This document shows positions 44,573 through 54,557 of a stretch of DNA of 64,000 nt, in pieces (within the stretch, counting starts at the first letter, position 1; each line of letters opens with the position of its first letter). Source of the stretch: an uncultured Acidobacteriota bacterium (GTDB taxonomy: Bacteria > Acidobacteriota > Vicinamibacteria > Vicinamibacterales > UBA2999); contig CAVTIA010000008.1 in assembly GCA_963734635.1 (NCBI GenBank), positions 106,672 through 170,671 on the forward strand. Reading direction: 5' to 3'. The translations under genes and the position numbers were made by a program. The notes beneath the pieces are model-generated. The model made no database searches and was not told the DNA's origin. It saw nothing but the letters and a program-made list of their open reading frames with translations.

Positions 44573-46948
44573 CTAATGCACCCCGATCCGCAGTTCCGCG
44601 CGGACACTGCGTGGGGCGCCGAAATGCGTCCCGCTGAACGGGTTTCCAAAGTTCAGCGCGTAGTCTCGATTTGTGAGATTCATGACACCAATTCGCACCG
44701 ATGTTTCAGTTCGGCTTCCTCGGTGCAACGTTTGGGCGACTGCCAGGTCGATCACTGCGTAAGGGCGAACACGACCACTGCCGAAATTCACGAGCTCGGC
44801 GCCTGGACGCTCCATCAAGTCAACGAGATCATCCTCTTCGACCTCGAGCGGCGTGCCGCTTTGGTAACGCGCCGCAAGCGATGCTGAAAAGCCGCCGTTG
44901 GCATACGTCACTCCGCCGGCGGCGACATGACGCTGATCGTGATCCGGCGTAAAGCGCGTTCCCGGGCCGATGTCTGGAATGTTCTCTTCCAGAAACAAGC
45001 CTCCGTTGATCGGGCCCGTCTGCTCGACCTTTGATAGGGTGTAACTGACGTACGACGACCAGCCGCGATATCGTGCCATCTCGAGCCGCACATCAAATCC
45101 ACGCGCGGTTCCGCTCGCCACACTGTTCGGAAAGATGATCGTGGTGCCAAAGAACACGTTCGGGTCCGCGTAATTGCGCACGTGACGGGACCAGAACGCC
45201 GCATCCAACCTGAGCGCACCGCGGAACCACTGGTCAACGCCCACCTCCCATGCGGTCTGACGTTCCGGTTCAAGTTCAGCACCTCCCGTTGCATCAGGAT
45301 CATCGTCGTCTGCAAACGGTGACAGCGCGCGCGCTTCGGCCGACGATGACAGAAGTAAATGTTCGGGCTGGGGTGGTTGAAAGAACCGATTCAGTGATGC
45401 GCGAAGTGTCGTCGCACTTCCCGGCCAGTTATACGCAACACCGATGCGGGGACTCCATTGCGACGCGGGAACGAGCAGGTTTGTGCGATCAAAGCGAATT
45501 CCAAAGTCGGCTGTAAAACGATCCGTCGCGCGAAATGTATCCTGGACGTAGAAGGCCCACTGATTCCGATTCGCACGGTCGTTGAACAGGAATGGGTCTT
45601 CGATGGTGAATTCGCTGGCACGCTCGCTGATCTCCGCGGCCTCAGCCGCCTCGAGGTCGGTGACGGCGAAGCTGAAATGCTCCCGCAGCGCCAATCGCGT
45701 CGCTTCCAAGCCAGATTTCAACGTGTGACGACTTCGCTCGTACGTCAGACCACCAAGGATGCCGACTCGGCTCTGCTGCCTGTCGGAGCTGGCCGACAGT
45801 GGCACATCCCTCGGGCTGTTTTTCAGATTGCCGTCGATAGAGCGCCGATAGGTTGACAGCTGCGAAACAACGGCGTCAGACCAGAACCGCTGCCATGAGC
45901 CGGATTGCGAATCCTGCAGCAGGCGCTGCCGCTGCTCCTGTCCGGCTTCTTCCTGCAACTCGCCATGAGGGACCTGATAGTTCGACCGCGCTCCAGTGAC
46001 GTGGAGCTTCAAAAGGTCATCGTCGGATGCCAGCACACTCGCGTGTGCCTCACCCGAAACAACGCGACCTTCGTTGTGAAAATTGTCGGGGTGGGTCGCA
46101 TCGAGAAATCGATCCGACCGCTCGGACGATACGCTAACACCAAGACTCGCACGCGTCGAAAGAGGTCCTCCGCCGAGGGCTCGGATTGAGCGCAGTGCAT
46201 CACTCCCGACTCCCGCGTCGACCGTCGTCATCCACCCTGTGCGTGCGGCGGTTGACGACTGGACTTCGATTACCGCCCCGGACTTGAGCCCGTACTCCGG
46301 CGGAATGTATCCCGTCAGGACGTTCACGCTGCCGATGCTTGCGGCGTCGGCCGCGATGCCAAACAGGTTGTCCAGGCGGTCGTACACAGGGACGCCGTCC
46401 TCGACATACAGGAACCCGTCATCGACACCGCGCACGTGGAGAAGGCCGTTATCCTCGCTGGCAAACCCTGGCAATGTCGCGAGCGCCTGCTGCAAGGCTC
46501 GACTCGGCAGTCGTGTCGGCATCTGGCGCAGGGTTTCACCGCCGATAGTGATGCGGGTTGTCACCGGCGGCGGTTCCGCTTCGCCTCGCACGATGACGCT
46601 TTCCGCGATCCGATCGACAAGAGTCAACTGCACGTCGATCGGCAGAGCCCCCTGCACCGTGACAATCCGCGCGTCGGAACGCTGCGGCGTCGCCTCGGCA
46701 AACAAGGTGTAACTACCCGGCGGCACCTCTTCGAACTGAAATCGGCCATTCGCGTCGGTGCGGGTCGCGGCCAGCGATGTGCCTACGCGGTCGAGCAGCG
46801 ACACTGTCGCGCCGGTCGCTGGTTGTCCATCGACAGCCGATACAACGCCACGAATGATCGCGGATTGCTGCAGCGCGTCGAGTGCGGGCACCCAAAGCGC
46901 CAGCAGGGCCAGCACACTCCACCCCAAACATCGTCTCGAGCGGTCCAT
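44573..46948 (-). CDS. TonB-dependent receptor with N-terminal carboxypeptidase-regulatory-like domain
   Basis: TDANGRFQFEEVPPGSY, ESVIV, plug LHVRG..YVEDGVP, YVQD, SPRIG, NLTNRDY. Confidence 0.9.
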   Translation of the reverse strand: MDRSRRCLGWSVLALLALWVPALDALQQSAIIRGVVSAVDGQPATGATVSLLDRVGTSLAATRTDANGRFQFEEVPPGSYTLFAEATPQRSDARIVTVQGALPIDVQLTLVDRIAESVIVRGEAEPPPVTTRITIGGETLRQMPTRLPSRALQQALATLPGFASEDNGLLHVRGVDDGFLYVEDGVPVYDRLDNLFGIAADAASIGSVNVLTGYIPPEYGLKSGAVIEVQSSTAARTGWMTTVDAGVGSDALRSIRALGGGPLSTRASLGVSVSSERSDRFLDATHPDNFHNEGRVVSGEAHASVLASDDDLLKLHVTGARSNYQVPHGELQEEAGQEQRQRLLQDSQSGSWQRFWSDAVVSQLSTYRRSIDGNLKNSPRDVPLSASSDRQQSRVGILGGLTYERSRHTLKSGLEATRLALREHFSFAVTDLEAAEAAEISERASEFTIEDPFLFNDRANRNQWAFYVQDTFRATDRFTADFGIRFDRTNLLVPASQWSPRIGVAYNWPGSATTLRASLNRFFQPPQPEHLLLSSSAEARALSPFADDDDPDATGGAELEPERQTAWEVGVDQWFRGALRLDAAFWSRHVRNYADPNVFFGTTIIFPNSVASGTARGFDVRLEMARYRGWSSYVSYTLSKVEQTGPINGGLFLEENIPDIGPGTRFTPDHDQRHVAAGGVTYANGGFSASLAARYQSGTPLEVEEDDLVDLMERPGAELVNFGSGRVRPYAVIDLAVAQTLHRGSRTETSVRIGVMNLTNRDYALNFGNPFSGTHFGAPRSVRAELRIGVH

Positions 46949-47047
46949 GATTCGACCGTAGAATCCTACCAGCAGCACGCTCAGCTTTCAGCCCCGACAA
47001 TTCGCGCCACTCGACACGCTGCGGCTGGAAGGTGAGCGATGGGCCGT

Positions 47048-47805
47048 CTAGCGCTGGACGGGTGGACGCAGACCGTCTTTCGTCAACTTCGCCCGCCCGC
47101 CGGGACCGGTAATGAGAGTGACAAAATCTTTGGCCGCGGCAGAACTCGTCGATGAGTACCACAGGGAAAAGGTCGTGGCGAGATCGAACTCCGCCGGGAA
47201 GGGTGCCCAACAGTGCGTCCGGGTTGGCCTGGATGATTTCGCTGACCTGGGTCACACCCAGGTCGACCTTGTCCTGCAACACAAGACGCATGGTTTCGAC
47301 ACCATCCGGAGCAAGCGTCGCCTTCTTCAACACCGCGTCCTTGATGCCCATCGACTCGATGACTCTCATGAAGTGAGTTCCGATAGTGGCACCGCGGGCA
47401 GGGTCGGAAAAGGCGATGCGGCGAGCCGACAACAGCGCCGTCTTGAGTTGTTCCGGCGTGGAAATGTTCGGTTTGGCGGATCCGGGCGGGACGGCAAAGC
47501 CGCCGACCGTATCAGCCAAGCCGATGCGTCGTCCCGTTCTGAGCCTGCCGGTTTTTTCCGCTTCGCTGATCAACGTCTTGCGATGTGATCAACAGCGTGG
47601 CCCCCGAATCGTCACGAAATCGTTGCGCTGTCGCCCCGGCGGTGTCGAAGACGCACGTCACTTTGTGTCCCGTAGCCGCCTCGTATTCCGCCGCCAGCTC
47701 CAGAAGCGGCGCCTTCACCGCTGCGGCCGCGTACACCTTCAGTTCTTCACCAAAGACAGACGAGGAAAACACCAGACTCAAAAGCAGCGGCAGCATCGTT
47801 CTCAT
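47048..47805 (-). CDS. ModA-like substrate-binding protein; two apparent 1-nt insertions (~47580, ~47206)
   Basis: Signal peptide, KVYAAAAVK, KPNISTPEQLK, FSDPARGATIGTHF, TQVSEI; the corrected frame ends DGLRPPVQR-stop. Confidence 0.75.
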
Positions 47806-47892
47806 CTCAGTCGCTTATACACCTTCCCGTCTCTCCGGTCCTTCTCTTTTCTGCTGAACAGATGCAGAATCTCCTCGCAGGGGAGGCAGACA

Positions 47893-48327
47893 ATGAAACC
47901 CAACGTGCTCGGCGCACTGCTCGCGGCCTGTGCGCTGTCCTGGCCGGCGTCGCCTTCGATGGCGCACCATTCGTTTGCCGCCGAGTTCGACTCCAACAAA
48001 CCGGTCACGCTCACCGGAACGATCACCAAGGTGGAATTCCAGAACCCGCACATCTACTTCTACATCGACGTGAAACAGGCGGACGGCAAGGTGGCCAACT
48101 ACGCCGTCGAAGGCGGCACGCCGAACCAGCTACGGCGCCAGGGCTGGGGCCGCGACTCGCTCAAGATCGGCGAAACCGTCACCGTTCAAGGCTTCAGTGC
48201 CAGAAAGCCTGACGTGCTCGTCGTCAACGGGCGCACGGTCATCCTGGCGGACGGCCGCCGGGTGTTCGGTTTCAGCGGTGGCGACGAGCCGGGAACCAAC
48301 CAAGGGCGAGCCCCCGATAACCCCTGA
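47893..48327 (+). CDS. DUF6152-like secreted protein
   Basis: GGAGG RBS; SMA-HHSFAAEFD, VTLTGTITKVEFQNPH, LKIGETVTVQG. Confidence 0.85.
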   Translation: MKPNVLGALLAACALSWPASPSMAHHSFAAEFDSNKPVTLTGTITKVEFQNPHIYFYIDVKQADGKVANYAVEGGTPNQLRRQGWGRDSLKIGETVTVQGFSARKPDVLVVNGRTVILADGRRVFGFSGGDEPGTNQGRAPDNP

Positions 48328-48347
48328 CCGTAGAGCAGGAGTTTGTG

Positions 48348-49163
48348 ATGACCAGGCGCCTCTGTTCTCTCGCCGCTGTTGCCGCTATCGTCTGCGCCTT
48401 CGGCGCCTCCGTGGCGGCGCAGCAGGGCGGACGCGGCAATCAGCCGCCTCCGGCCACGGACCGGCTCGCACCACCGAAGCCCGCGCCGGTCGGCGCGTGG
48501 TGGCACACCGGTGGTACGCCTGAGCGGCAGGCAGGCCGTCCCGATCTGACCGGCGTGTGGTTTGGCGGCGCCAGCGGCGATCTGTCTCGAGCGACGCTGC
48601 CCGGTCAGGAGCTGATCCTGACGCCATATGGAAAGCAGCGGTGGGACAGCGTCGATCACGCAAAGGATCCGAACACGGCGTGCCTTCCACCCGGGCCGGC
48701 GCGGATGATCATGATGGCCCATCCGGCCATGATCGTGCAGCGCACCGACGTCGTCGTCGTCCTCACGGAGTCACAGCGCACATTCCGCATCATCTACACG
48801 GACGGGCGTGGGCACCCGCACGACATCGGCGATTACCCCGAGTGGATGGGGAGCTCGATTGGCAAGTGGGACGGCGATACGCTGGTCGTGGACACCGTCG
48901 GCATCAACGAGCGCTCGTGGCTCGACACGGCCGGCCACGAGCACAGCGGTAAGCTCCGGATGACCGAGCGGTTCCGCTTCGCCGACCCCAACACGCTCGA
49001 GCACGTGGTCACCTACGATGATCCCGTGTTCTTCGTAAAGCCGTTCACGACACGCCGGCTCTTCAAACGTCAGATCGGCGACCGGATTCTGGATCACTCG
49101 TGCCTCGAGAACGAGAAGGATCAGGATCTGCTCGTTCCAACGCTCGGCGACGCCGGCCGCTAG
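48348..49163 (+). CDS. Secreted hypothetical protein (PDLTGVW / GxSxGxWDGDTLVVDT family)
   Basis: AGGAG RBS; signal peptide; CLPPGP, RIIYTDGRGHP, CLENEKD. Confidence 0.82.
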   Translation: MTRRLCSLAAVAAIVCAFGASVAAQQGGRGNQPPPATDRLAPPKPAPVGAWWHTGGTPERQAGRPDLTGVWFGGASGDLSRATLPGQELILTPYGKQRWDSVDHAKDPNTACLPPGPARMIMMAHPAMIVQRTDVVVVLTESQRTFRIIYTDGRGHPHDIGDYPEWMGSSIGKWDGDTLVVDTVGINERSWLDTAGHEHSGKLRMTERFRFADPNTLEHVVTYDDPVFFVKPFTTRRLFKRQIGDRILDHSCLENEKDQDLLVPTLGDAGR

Positions 49164-49202
49164 GGCCATCGCGAGGCGGCGCGGAACAGCTCGAGATCAC
49201 GG

Positions 49203-50192
49203 TCAGACAAGGTCACCGGAGGGAGCGGCCGTCGCGGTTGTCCTTGCTTGCGAGGCCGCGGCTCTCTCGTTGATCACTCGCTTGTACCACCACGCGGTCA
49301 GGAGCGGCGTCAGGACCGCGGTGACGATCACCGACGCGGCCACCTGAACGGTGGCGGCGCCCGCGATCGGCGCAAACGAGGTATCGGCCAGGGCCACGGC
49401 TTGAGGAACCGCTGCGGAATTGCCGGCAGTGCTGGAGGCCGCCGCTCCAGCGATGCCTGTCCCGCCGAGCAGCCGGTCGACCACGATACACACAAACCCG
49501 GTCACGGTCACCACAGTCAGGCCGAGCACGACGCCAGGGAGCCCCGCCGTCACGACGGACTTCAGGTTGATCGTTTGTCCAAGAGTGAAGGCCATGAACG
49601 GAACGATGATCGCTTCATGAGATCCGAAGAAGTCCTTGATGTCTTCATCCAGGTTCCCCAGAATCGCGCCCGCGACAATCGGAGCAATCACCGAGACCAT
49701 CGTCAAGTACGGGATGACAGCCAGACCCGTCCCGACAAAGATCAACATGGTCAGGAAGGGTCCGGTCTCGATGCTCTGCACCACGTAGGTGCCGGAGTCG
49801 TCTTTGCTGCCCATGACGCTCGTCAGCGCCAGGAACATGCCACCGTTGGTGTCGCTCATCGCCACCATTACCGCCAGCGTGCTCAGGCCGATGATCTCGC
49901 CATCGAAGAACCGGGCGACCGCGAGTGCGAAGATCGTCGCGATGCCGACCTTCGCTGTCAAAATGCCGAAGCCACGCATCAACATCCGCGGCGCAGCCCT
50001 CACCGTCATCTTCGTACCGACGGTGAAGAGGTACATGCCCAGAACGGTCGGATATCCCACACCTGTAAGCGCCTGGGTGAACCCGCCAATCTTCAGCAGA
50101 TCGGGAAAGAACGTGTTGAGCACCATCCCGATGAAGAGCGGAACGACCATCATTCCGCCGGGAACACGATTGACAGACTTATAGATGTTCAC
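49203..50192 (-). CDS. kdgT: 2-keto-3-deoxygluconate permease
   Basis: VPGGMMVVPL, DTNGGMF, ETGPFLTM, SSTAGN, ATVQVAASVIVT. Confidence 0.9.
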   Translation of the reverse strand: MNIYKSVNRVPGGMMVVPLFIGMVLNTFFPDLLKIGGFTQALTGVGYPTVLGMYLFTVGTKMTVRAAPRMLMRGFGILTAKVGIATIFALAVARFFDGEIIGLSTLAVMVAMSDTNGGMFLALTSVMGSKDDSGTYVVQSIETGPFLTMLIFVGTGLAVIPYLTMVSVIAPIVAGAILGNLDEDIKDFFGSHEAIIVPFMAFTLGQTINLKSVVTAGLPGVVLGLTVVTVTGFVCIVVDRLLGGTGIAGAAASSTAGNSAAVPQAVALADTSFAPIAGAATVQVAASVIVTAVLTPLLTAWWYKRVINERAAASQARTTATAAPSGDLV

Positions 50193-50254
50193 GATCAGGC
50201 CGTCGGCGGGTGAATGCTACCATCGCCAGCATTTCCCGAGAGAAAGGCCTTTCC

Positions 50255-51224
50255 ATGAGCGCAGCAAAGCCCGCGGTCCTCGTCACCCGGAAGCTGCCGG
50301 CGGCCGTGGAGGACCGCCTGCGACGCGATTACCAGGCGCGGCTCAATCCGGACGATCGTCTCTACTCCCAGGACGAGCTGATCGAGAACGCCAGGGGCGC
50401 GCAGGCTATCCTGCCGTGTCACACCGAGCACTTCTCGGCGGAGGTCTTCGAAGGCCTGCCGGACGAGGTCAGGATCATCGCCAACTTCTCGGTTGGCTTC
50501 GACCACGTGGACATCGAGGCGGCCAGGAGAAAGGGCGTCGTCGTCACGAACACGCCCGACGTGCTGTCGGATGCGACGGCCGAGCTCACGATGATGCTGA
50601 TGATCGGCGCGGCCCGCCGCGCAAGCGAGGGTGAGAGGCTAGTGCGCGACGGCAGGTGGAAGGACTGGAGCCCGGCATTCATGGTCGGCACTCAAGTGAC
50701 AGGCAAGCGCCTGGGCATTCTCGGTATGGGTCGCGTGGGCCAGGTCGTGGCGAAGCGCGCCGCCGGCTTCGACATGACGATCCACTATCACGACGTTCGC
50801 CGGCTACCGCCGGAGCGGGAACAGGGCGCCATCTTTCACGAGACGCTGGAAGACATGCTGCCCGCAGTGTGACGTCCTCACGGTTCACTGCAATGTCACG
50901 CCTGCCACGCGTGGGCTGATGACGGCCCGTCTGTTCGACCTGTTGCCACGGGGCGCGATCTTCGTGAACGCGGCTCGCGGTGCCATCGTCGATGACGACG
51001 CGCTCGTCGACGCGTTGACGTCGGGCAGACTGCGGGCCGCCGGGATCGACGCGTTCAACCACGAGCCGCATGTCGACCCACGGCTCGTTGCCCTTCCCAA
51101 CACCTTCCTGATGCCGCACATCGGCAGCGCCACCGCCGAAACCCGTGATGCGATGGGATTCCGGGCGCTCGACAACCTCGACGCCTTTTTCGCGGGCCGT
51201 GAGCCTCGCGATCGTGTTGCGTGA
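50255..51224 (+). CDS. D-2-hydroxyacid dehydrogenase (glyoxylate/2-ketogluconate reductase-like); apparent 1-nt insertion at ~50862
   Basis: SVGFDHVD, NTPDVL, GMGRVG, VNAARG, EP, PHIGSAT. Confidence 0.88.
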
Positions 51225-51398
51225 CCGCGAGACCGCAGGCCTGAACGAGGCGACGCTCTGTGGAACGATTCCGAGACGTCGGTGCCCAAAAAGCAATAAA
51301 AAGTGTAGACTCCGTCAGGCGGTCTTCGAGCGCGCGCAGGCACCGCGTCAGTATCCTGGTCGTCGGGTCCGGTTGTATTACCTCGAAGGGCTTGGACG

Positions 51399-52571
51399 AT
51401 GAGAAAACTGGTCTTCATCGCAGTTGTCGGCCTGTGGGGTCTCACAGTCATGGTGTCGGCCCAGGCTCCCACCGCAGCCCCCATTTGGACTGTATCCCCC
51501 GTCGATCGTTCCAACGTTGACTACACGCACATGCCGCTGTGGGCATACGGTGTAGCTGAGAGACCGCACGCTACCGACCCGCAGGCGGTGCAGCGCGCAC
51601 CCGGTGCCGCGCCCCCCGCGCCGATCCCGCCGGCGGAGGCCACGCGCAAACGGCGCGTCGAGGGGAGCCCGCTGACGTTCACTCTGCCTGAAATACGCGG
51701 GAACGTGGTGGATTGGTTCCCCGACGATCACCCGAATCCGATGCCGGGCATCATCAAGCAGGGCCCGGTTGCCCTCGGCAGCGGAACCAGGCCCTGTGGC
51801 GCATGCCACCTCTCCGACGGAAGCGGGCGCCCGGAAAACTCCTCTCCCGCGGGTCTGCCGGCGAAGTACATCCTTCGGCAGTTGGATGATTTCAGAAACG
51901 GCCGCCGCCACAGCGTGGAGCCTGGAAAAGGAAACTCCAACACGATGGTCATGCTGGCAAAAGCGATGACCGACGAGGAGATGAAGCAGGCGGCCGATTA
52001 CTTCTCCGCCGTCAAGTGGCGTCCGCACGTGAAGGTGATCGAGACCGACATGGTACCGGCCACGCGCATCCAGGGTGAGCTGTTCATCCCCACGGTGAAC
52101 AAGGCGACCGAGCACAAGCTGACCGAGCCGATCGGCAACCGCATCATCGAGGTCCCGACCGACGTCGACGCGAATCAGATCCTGAGAAACTCGCGTGGGA
52201 CCTGGGTGGCCTACGTGCCCGTTGGCGCGATCGCGCGAGGCAGGAACCTGGTCACGACTGGCGGCTCATCGATCGTGAACAATCAGATTGTCCTCGGGAG
52301 AGCGACGGCCTGCACCACGTGCCACGGGCAGGACCTCAGGGGCATGGGGGCAGACATGCCCCCGCTTGCCGGCAGGTCTCCAAGTTACCTCGCGCGCGAG
52401 ATCTTCGACATCCAGCAGGGCATGCGTGCTGGCTCGTACCCGGTGATGCCACTGATGAAGAAGGCCATCGAGAAATTGACTGCGGAGGACATCATCGACA
52501 TCACGGCGTACCTGGCGTCGCTACCCGTCGACGGCCCGGCGCCGGCGAACCTGACCCTCACTCAACGCTAG
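51399..52571 (+). CDS. Periplasmic diheme cytochrome c (c4/c553-like)
   Basis: Signal peptide; CGACH and CTTCH; YILRQLDDF, LAGRSPSYL. Confidence 0.88.
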   Translation: MRKLVFIAVVGLWGLTVMVSAQAPTAAPIWTVSPVDRSNVDYTHMPLWAYGVAERPHATDPQAVQRAPGAAPPAPIPPAEATRKRRVEGSPLTFTLPEIRGNVVDWFPDDHPNPMPGIIKQGPVALGSGTRPCGACHLSDGSGRPENSSPAGLPAKYILRQLDDFRNGRRHSVEPGKGNSNTMVMLAKAMTDEEMKQAADYFSAVKWRPHVKVIETDMVPATRIQGELFIPTVNKATEHKLTEPIGNRIIEVPTDVDANQILRNSRGTWVAYVPVGAIARGRNLVTTGGSSIVNNQIVLGRATACTTCHGQDLRGMGADMPPLAGRSPSYLAREIFDIQQGMRAGSYPVMPLMKKAIEKLTAEDIIDITAYLASLPVDGPAPANLTLTQR

Positions 52572-52598
52572 CGAGGCTTCGCCTCCGGACCGGTGAGC

Positions 52599-52695
52599 GC
52601 TGATTTCATTCGTACGTAGCTGGTTTCATTGGTACGTAGTGTCCGGCTTTAGTAGCTGATTTCATTCGTTCGTAGTGTCCGGCTTCAGCCGGACC
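52599..52695 (+). repeat. Tandemly amplified REP plus flank
   Basis: Three copies of ~CTGATTTCATTCGTACGTAG, followed respectively by no, a partial and a complete TGTCCGGCTT(C/T)AGCCGGAC. Confidence 0.8.
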
Positions 52696-52980
52696 AGAGG
52701 CACGCGAGTTCACGCGCGCAAGCCACCACACGGTTGCTCCAATCATCGCGAGCGGCAGGAGCGTGAGCATCGCGCTCATCGCCTGATACGCCCATGTGTT
52801 GTCGCTGGAGCCGATCAGGCCGCACACCGGACAAGCCAGCGCTGAAGCAGGCGTGGCCGTCAGCAGTGCCGCGGCGAGCCACCGGCGCGATCGCGCACGC
52901 TGAAGCGTGCGCTCTACACGCAGCAGCAACGGTAGCGCGCAGGCTTCAGCCTGCGCGACCCTAGAAATAGACTCGCGCAT
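52606..52980 (-). CDS. Small CPxC-motif membrane protein closing the cox operon (start uncertain)
   Basis: Signal-like segment ending ALA-CPVCG, then a TM segment; the C-terminus is REP-derived. Confidence 0.65.
   Translation of the reverse strand: MRESISRVAQAEACALPLLLRVERTLQRARSRRWLAAALLTATPASALACPVCGLIGSSDNTWAYQAMSAMLTLLPLAMIGATVWWLARVNSRASGPAEAGHYERMKSATKAGHYVPMKPATYE
52932..52957 (+). repeat. Second GTAG-REP type
   Basis: GTAG-CGCGCAGGC-TTCA-GCCTGCGCG. Confidence 0.7.
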
Positions 52981-53569
52981 ATATCACCGGCCAGATCAGA
53001 ACGACGAAGTACCAGAACGTCTGTGCGCCGAGAAAGAATCCGTACGACAGTCTGCCTGCGCGCAGCCTCCACCAGGCCACTCCGAGACCAGCGAGCGCAG
53101 CCGCCGCGTGCACCGCATGCGTCCCGACAATGACATAGAAGAACGCCCCGAGCGCGCTCGACCGCAGCGTCACGCCATGGCCGATCAGGCCCACCCATTC
53201 TCTCCCCTGGAGCATGACGAACAGTGCTCCGAAGAAGATGGCCGCGAGCAGGCTCTGCGTCGCGGCCGAGGAACGTGTCCGGTACTGGCGTCCGGCAACC
53301 CAGAGAAGCGCGCCGCTGGCGAAGAGCGCAACGGTGTTGAATGCCGTCGACACCAGCGGCAGCACCTGGCCGGCGGGCAGGTTCCATGCATCCCTTGGAG
53401 CGCCCGCCTTCGAAATCGTGAACGCGCTGATCAGCCCCGCAAAGAACATGACCTCTGTGCCGACGAAGATCACCATGCCGAGGAGGCCGCTCGGGACCAC
53501 CTCCTGCCGGGCAGCCGGCCGAACGATGCGCATGGTCTGCTGCATTCTGTTCGTTCGCATCACGGCCAT
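52961..53569 (-). CDS. Heme-copper oxidase subunit III-like (second copy)
   Basis: FVGTEVMFFAGL, FNTVAL, QGREW, GTHAVH, FWYFVVLIW. Confidence 0.88.
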   Translation of the reverse strand: MAVMRTNRMQQTMRIVRPAARQEVVPSGLLGMVIFVGTEVMFFAGLISAFTISKAGAPRDAWNLPAGQVLPLVSTAFNTVALFASGALLWVAGRQYRTRSSAATQSLLAAIFFGALFVMLQGREWVGLIGHGVTLRSSALGAFFYVIVGTHAVHAAAALAGLGVAWWRLRAGRLSYGFFLGAQTFWYFVVLIWPVIYARVYF

Positions 53570-53597
53570 CTAGTGGACCGTATCCAACTAAACACCA

Positions 53598-53957
53598 CTA
53601 ACGTTCGCCACCAGCCGTGGCGGGTTCCACGTACGTCTTCTGCCATCGCAGCCCGTCACGGGTGAGCACGTCCGGCGCCACTCCTCCGAAAAAGACCAGC
53701 ATGAGCGCCAGCATGAAGCCGAGGATATAGGTCACCCACTTCTTCTCGATGCTCAGGTGCATGAAGTACCTGCACACCACGTACGCTTTGACGATGGCGA
53801 TGCCAAAGGCCGTGATCAGGGTAAGGAGCCGCACACCGACCATCGGCCCGAGGACACTGATGCCAAGCAGGACGCAAAGAACGCCCCAGATCGCGACGTA
53901 GTTGGTTTCGTCGTGGTGAGCTGCGTCGGCGTGTGCGGGCTGAGCCATGGCGGTCAC
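53598..53957 (-). CDS. Cytochrome c oxidase subunit IV family protein
   Basis: YVAIWGVL, IAIVKAYVVCRYFMHL. Confidence 0.88.
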   Translation of the reverse strand: MTAMAQPAHADAAHHDETNYVAIWGVLCVLLGISVLGPMVGVRLLTLITAFGIAIVKAYVVCRYFMHLSIEKKWVTYILGFMLALMLVFFGGVAPDVLTRDGLRWQKTYVEPATAGGER

Positions 53958-54530
53958 TTGGCGATGTAGAGAAGTGGGAACAGGAAGATCCAGACGACGT
54001 CGACGAAATGCCAGTAGATACCGACGTTCTCGACGCGATGGAGCTCCTCGTTGCGCGCGGCCGTCAGTGACACGATGAACATGATGACCATGCCGGCAAC
54101 AACGTGTGCGGCATGAAGGCCCGCCGCCGTGTAGTAGAAGGACCAGAACAGGCCCGAGGTGATGGTGAAGCCCTCCGTGATTTCATGAGTCCACTCGAAG
54201 GCCTTGACCACCAGAAACAGCCCGCCGCCGACGAATCGTGTAGCGCAGCAGACGCGCCGCCTTCGGGCCGTCTGCCCGCCCGGCGGCCTGGTGCGCCAGG
54301 ACGGCAGACAGGCTCGAGGTGAGCAGCACCAGCGTGTTGAACGCGCCCGCCCACGTGTTGGTGTTCGCCGCCTGGTCGGCCCAGGCGTCATGACGCAATC
54401 GCATCATGATGTAGGAGCCAAGGAGACCGCCGAAGACGACGGTTTCCGACGCCAGCACCCACCACATGGCCAGCCGGCCGGTAGGCACGTCCATCACGCT
54501 GCGCGTCGTTGCGATGGGCCGTGAACTCAC
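53954..54530 (-). CDS. Cytochrome c oxidase subunit III; apparent 1-nt insertion at ~54236
   Basis: WVLASE, NTLVLLTSS, KAFEW, GLHAAHV, YWHFVDVVWIFLFPLLY. Confidence 0.9.
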
Positions 54531-54557
54531 TGATCGCTCCTGTGGGTACGCCTACGC

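Noticed and set aside
52599-52695. Mini CRISPR array
   Set aside because: No unique spacers of regular length and no cas genes; the units are REP-derived.
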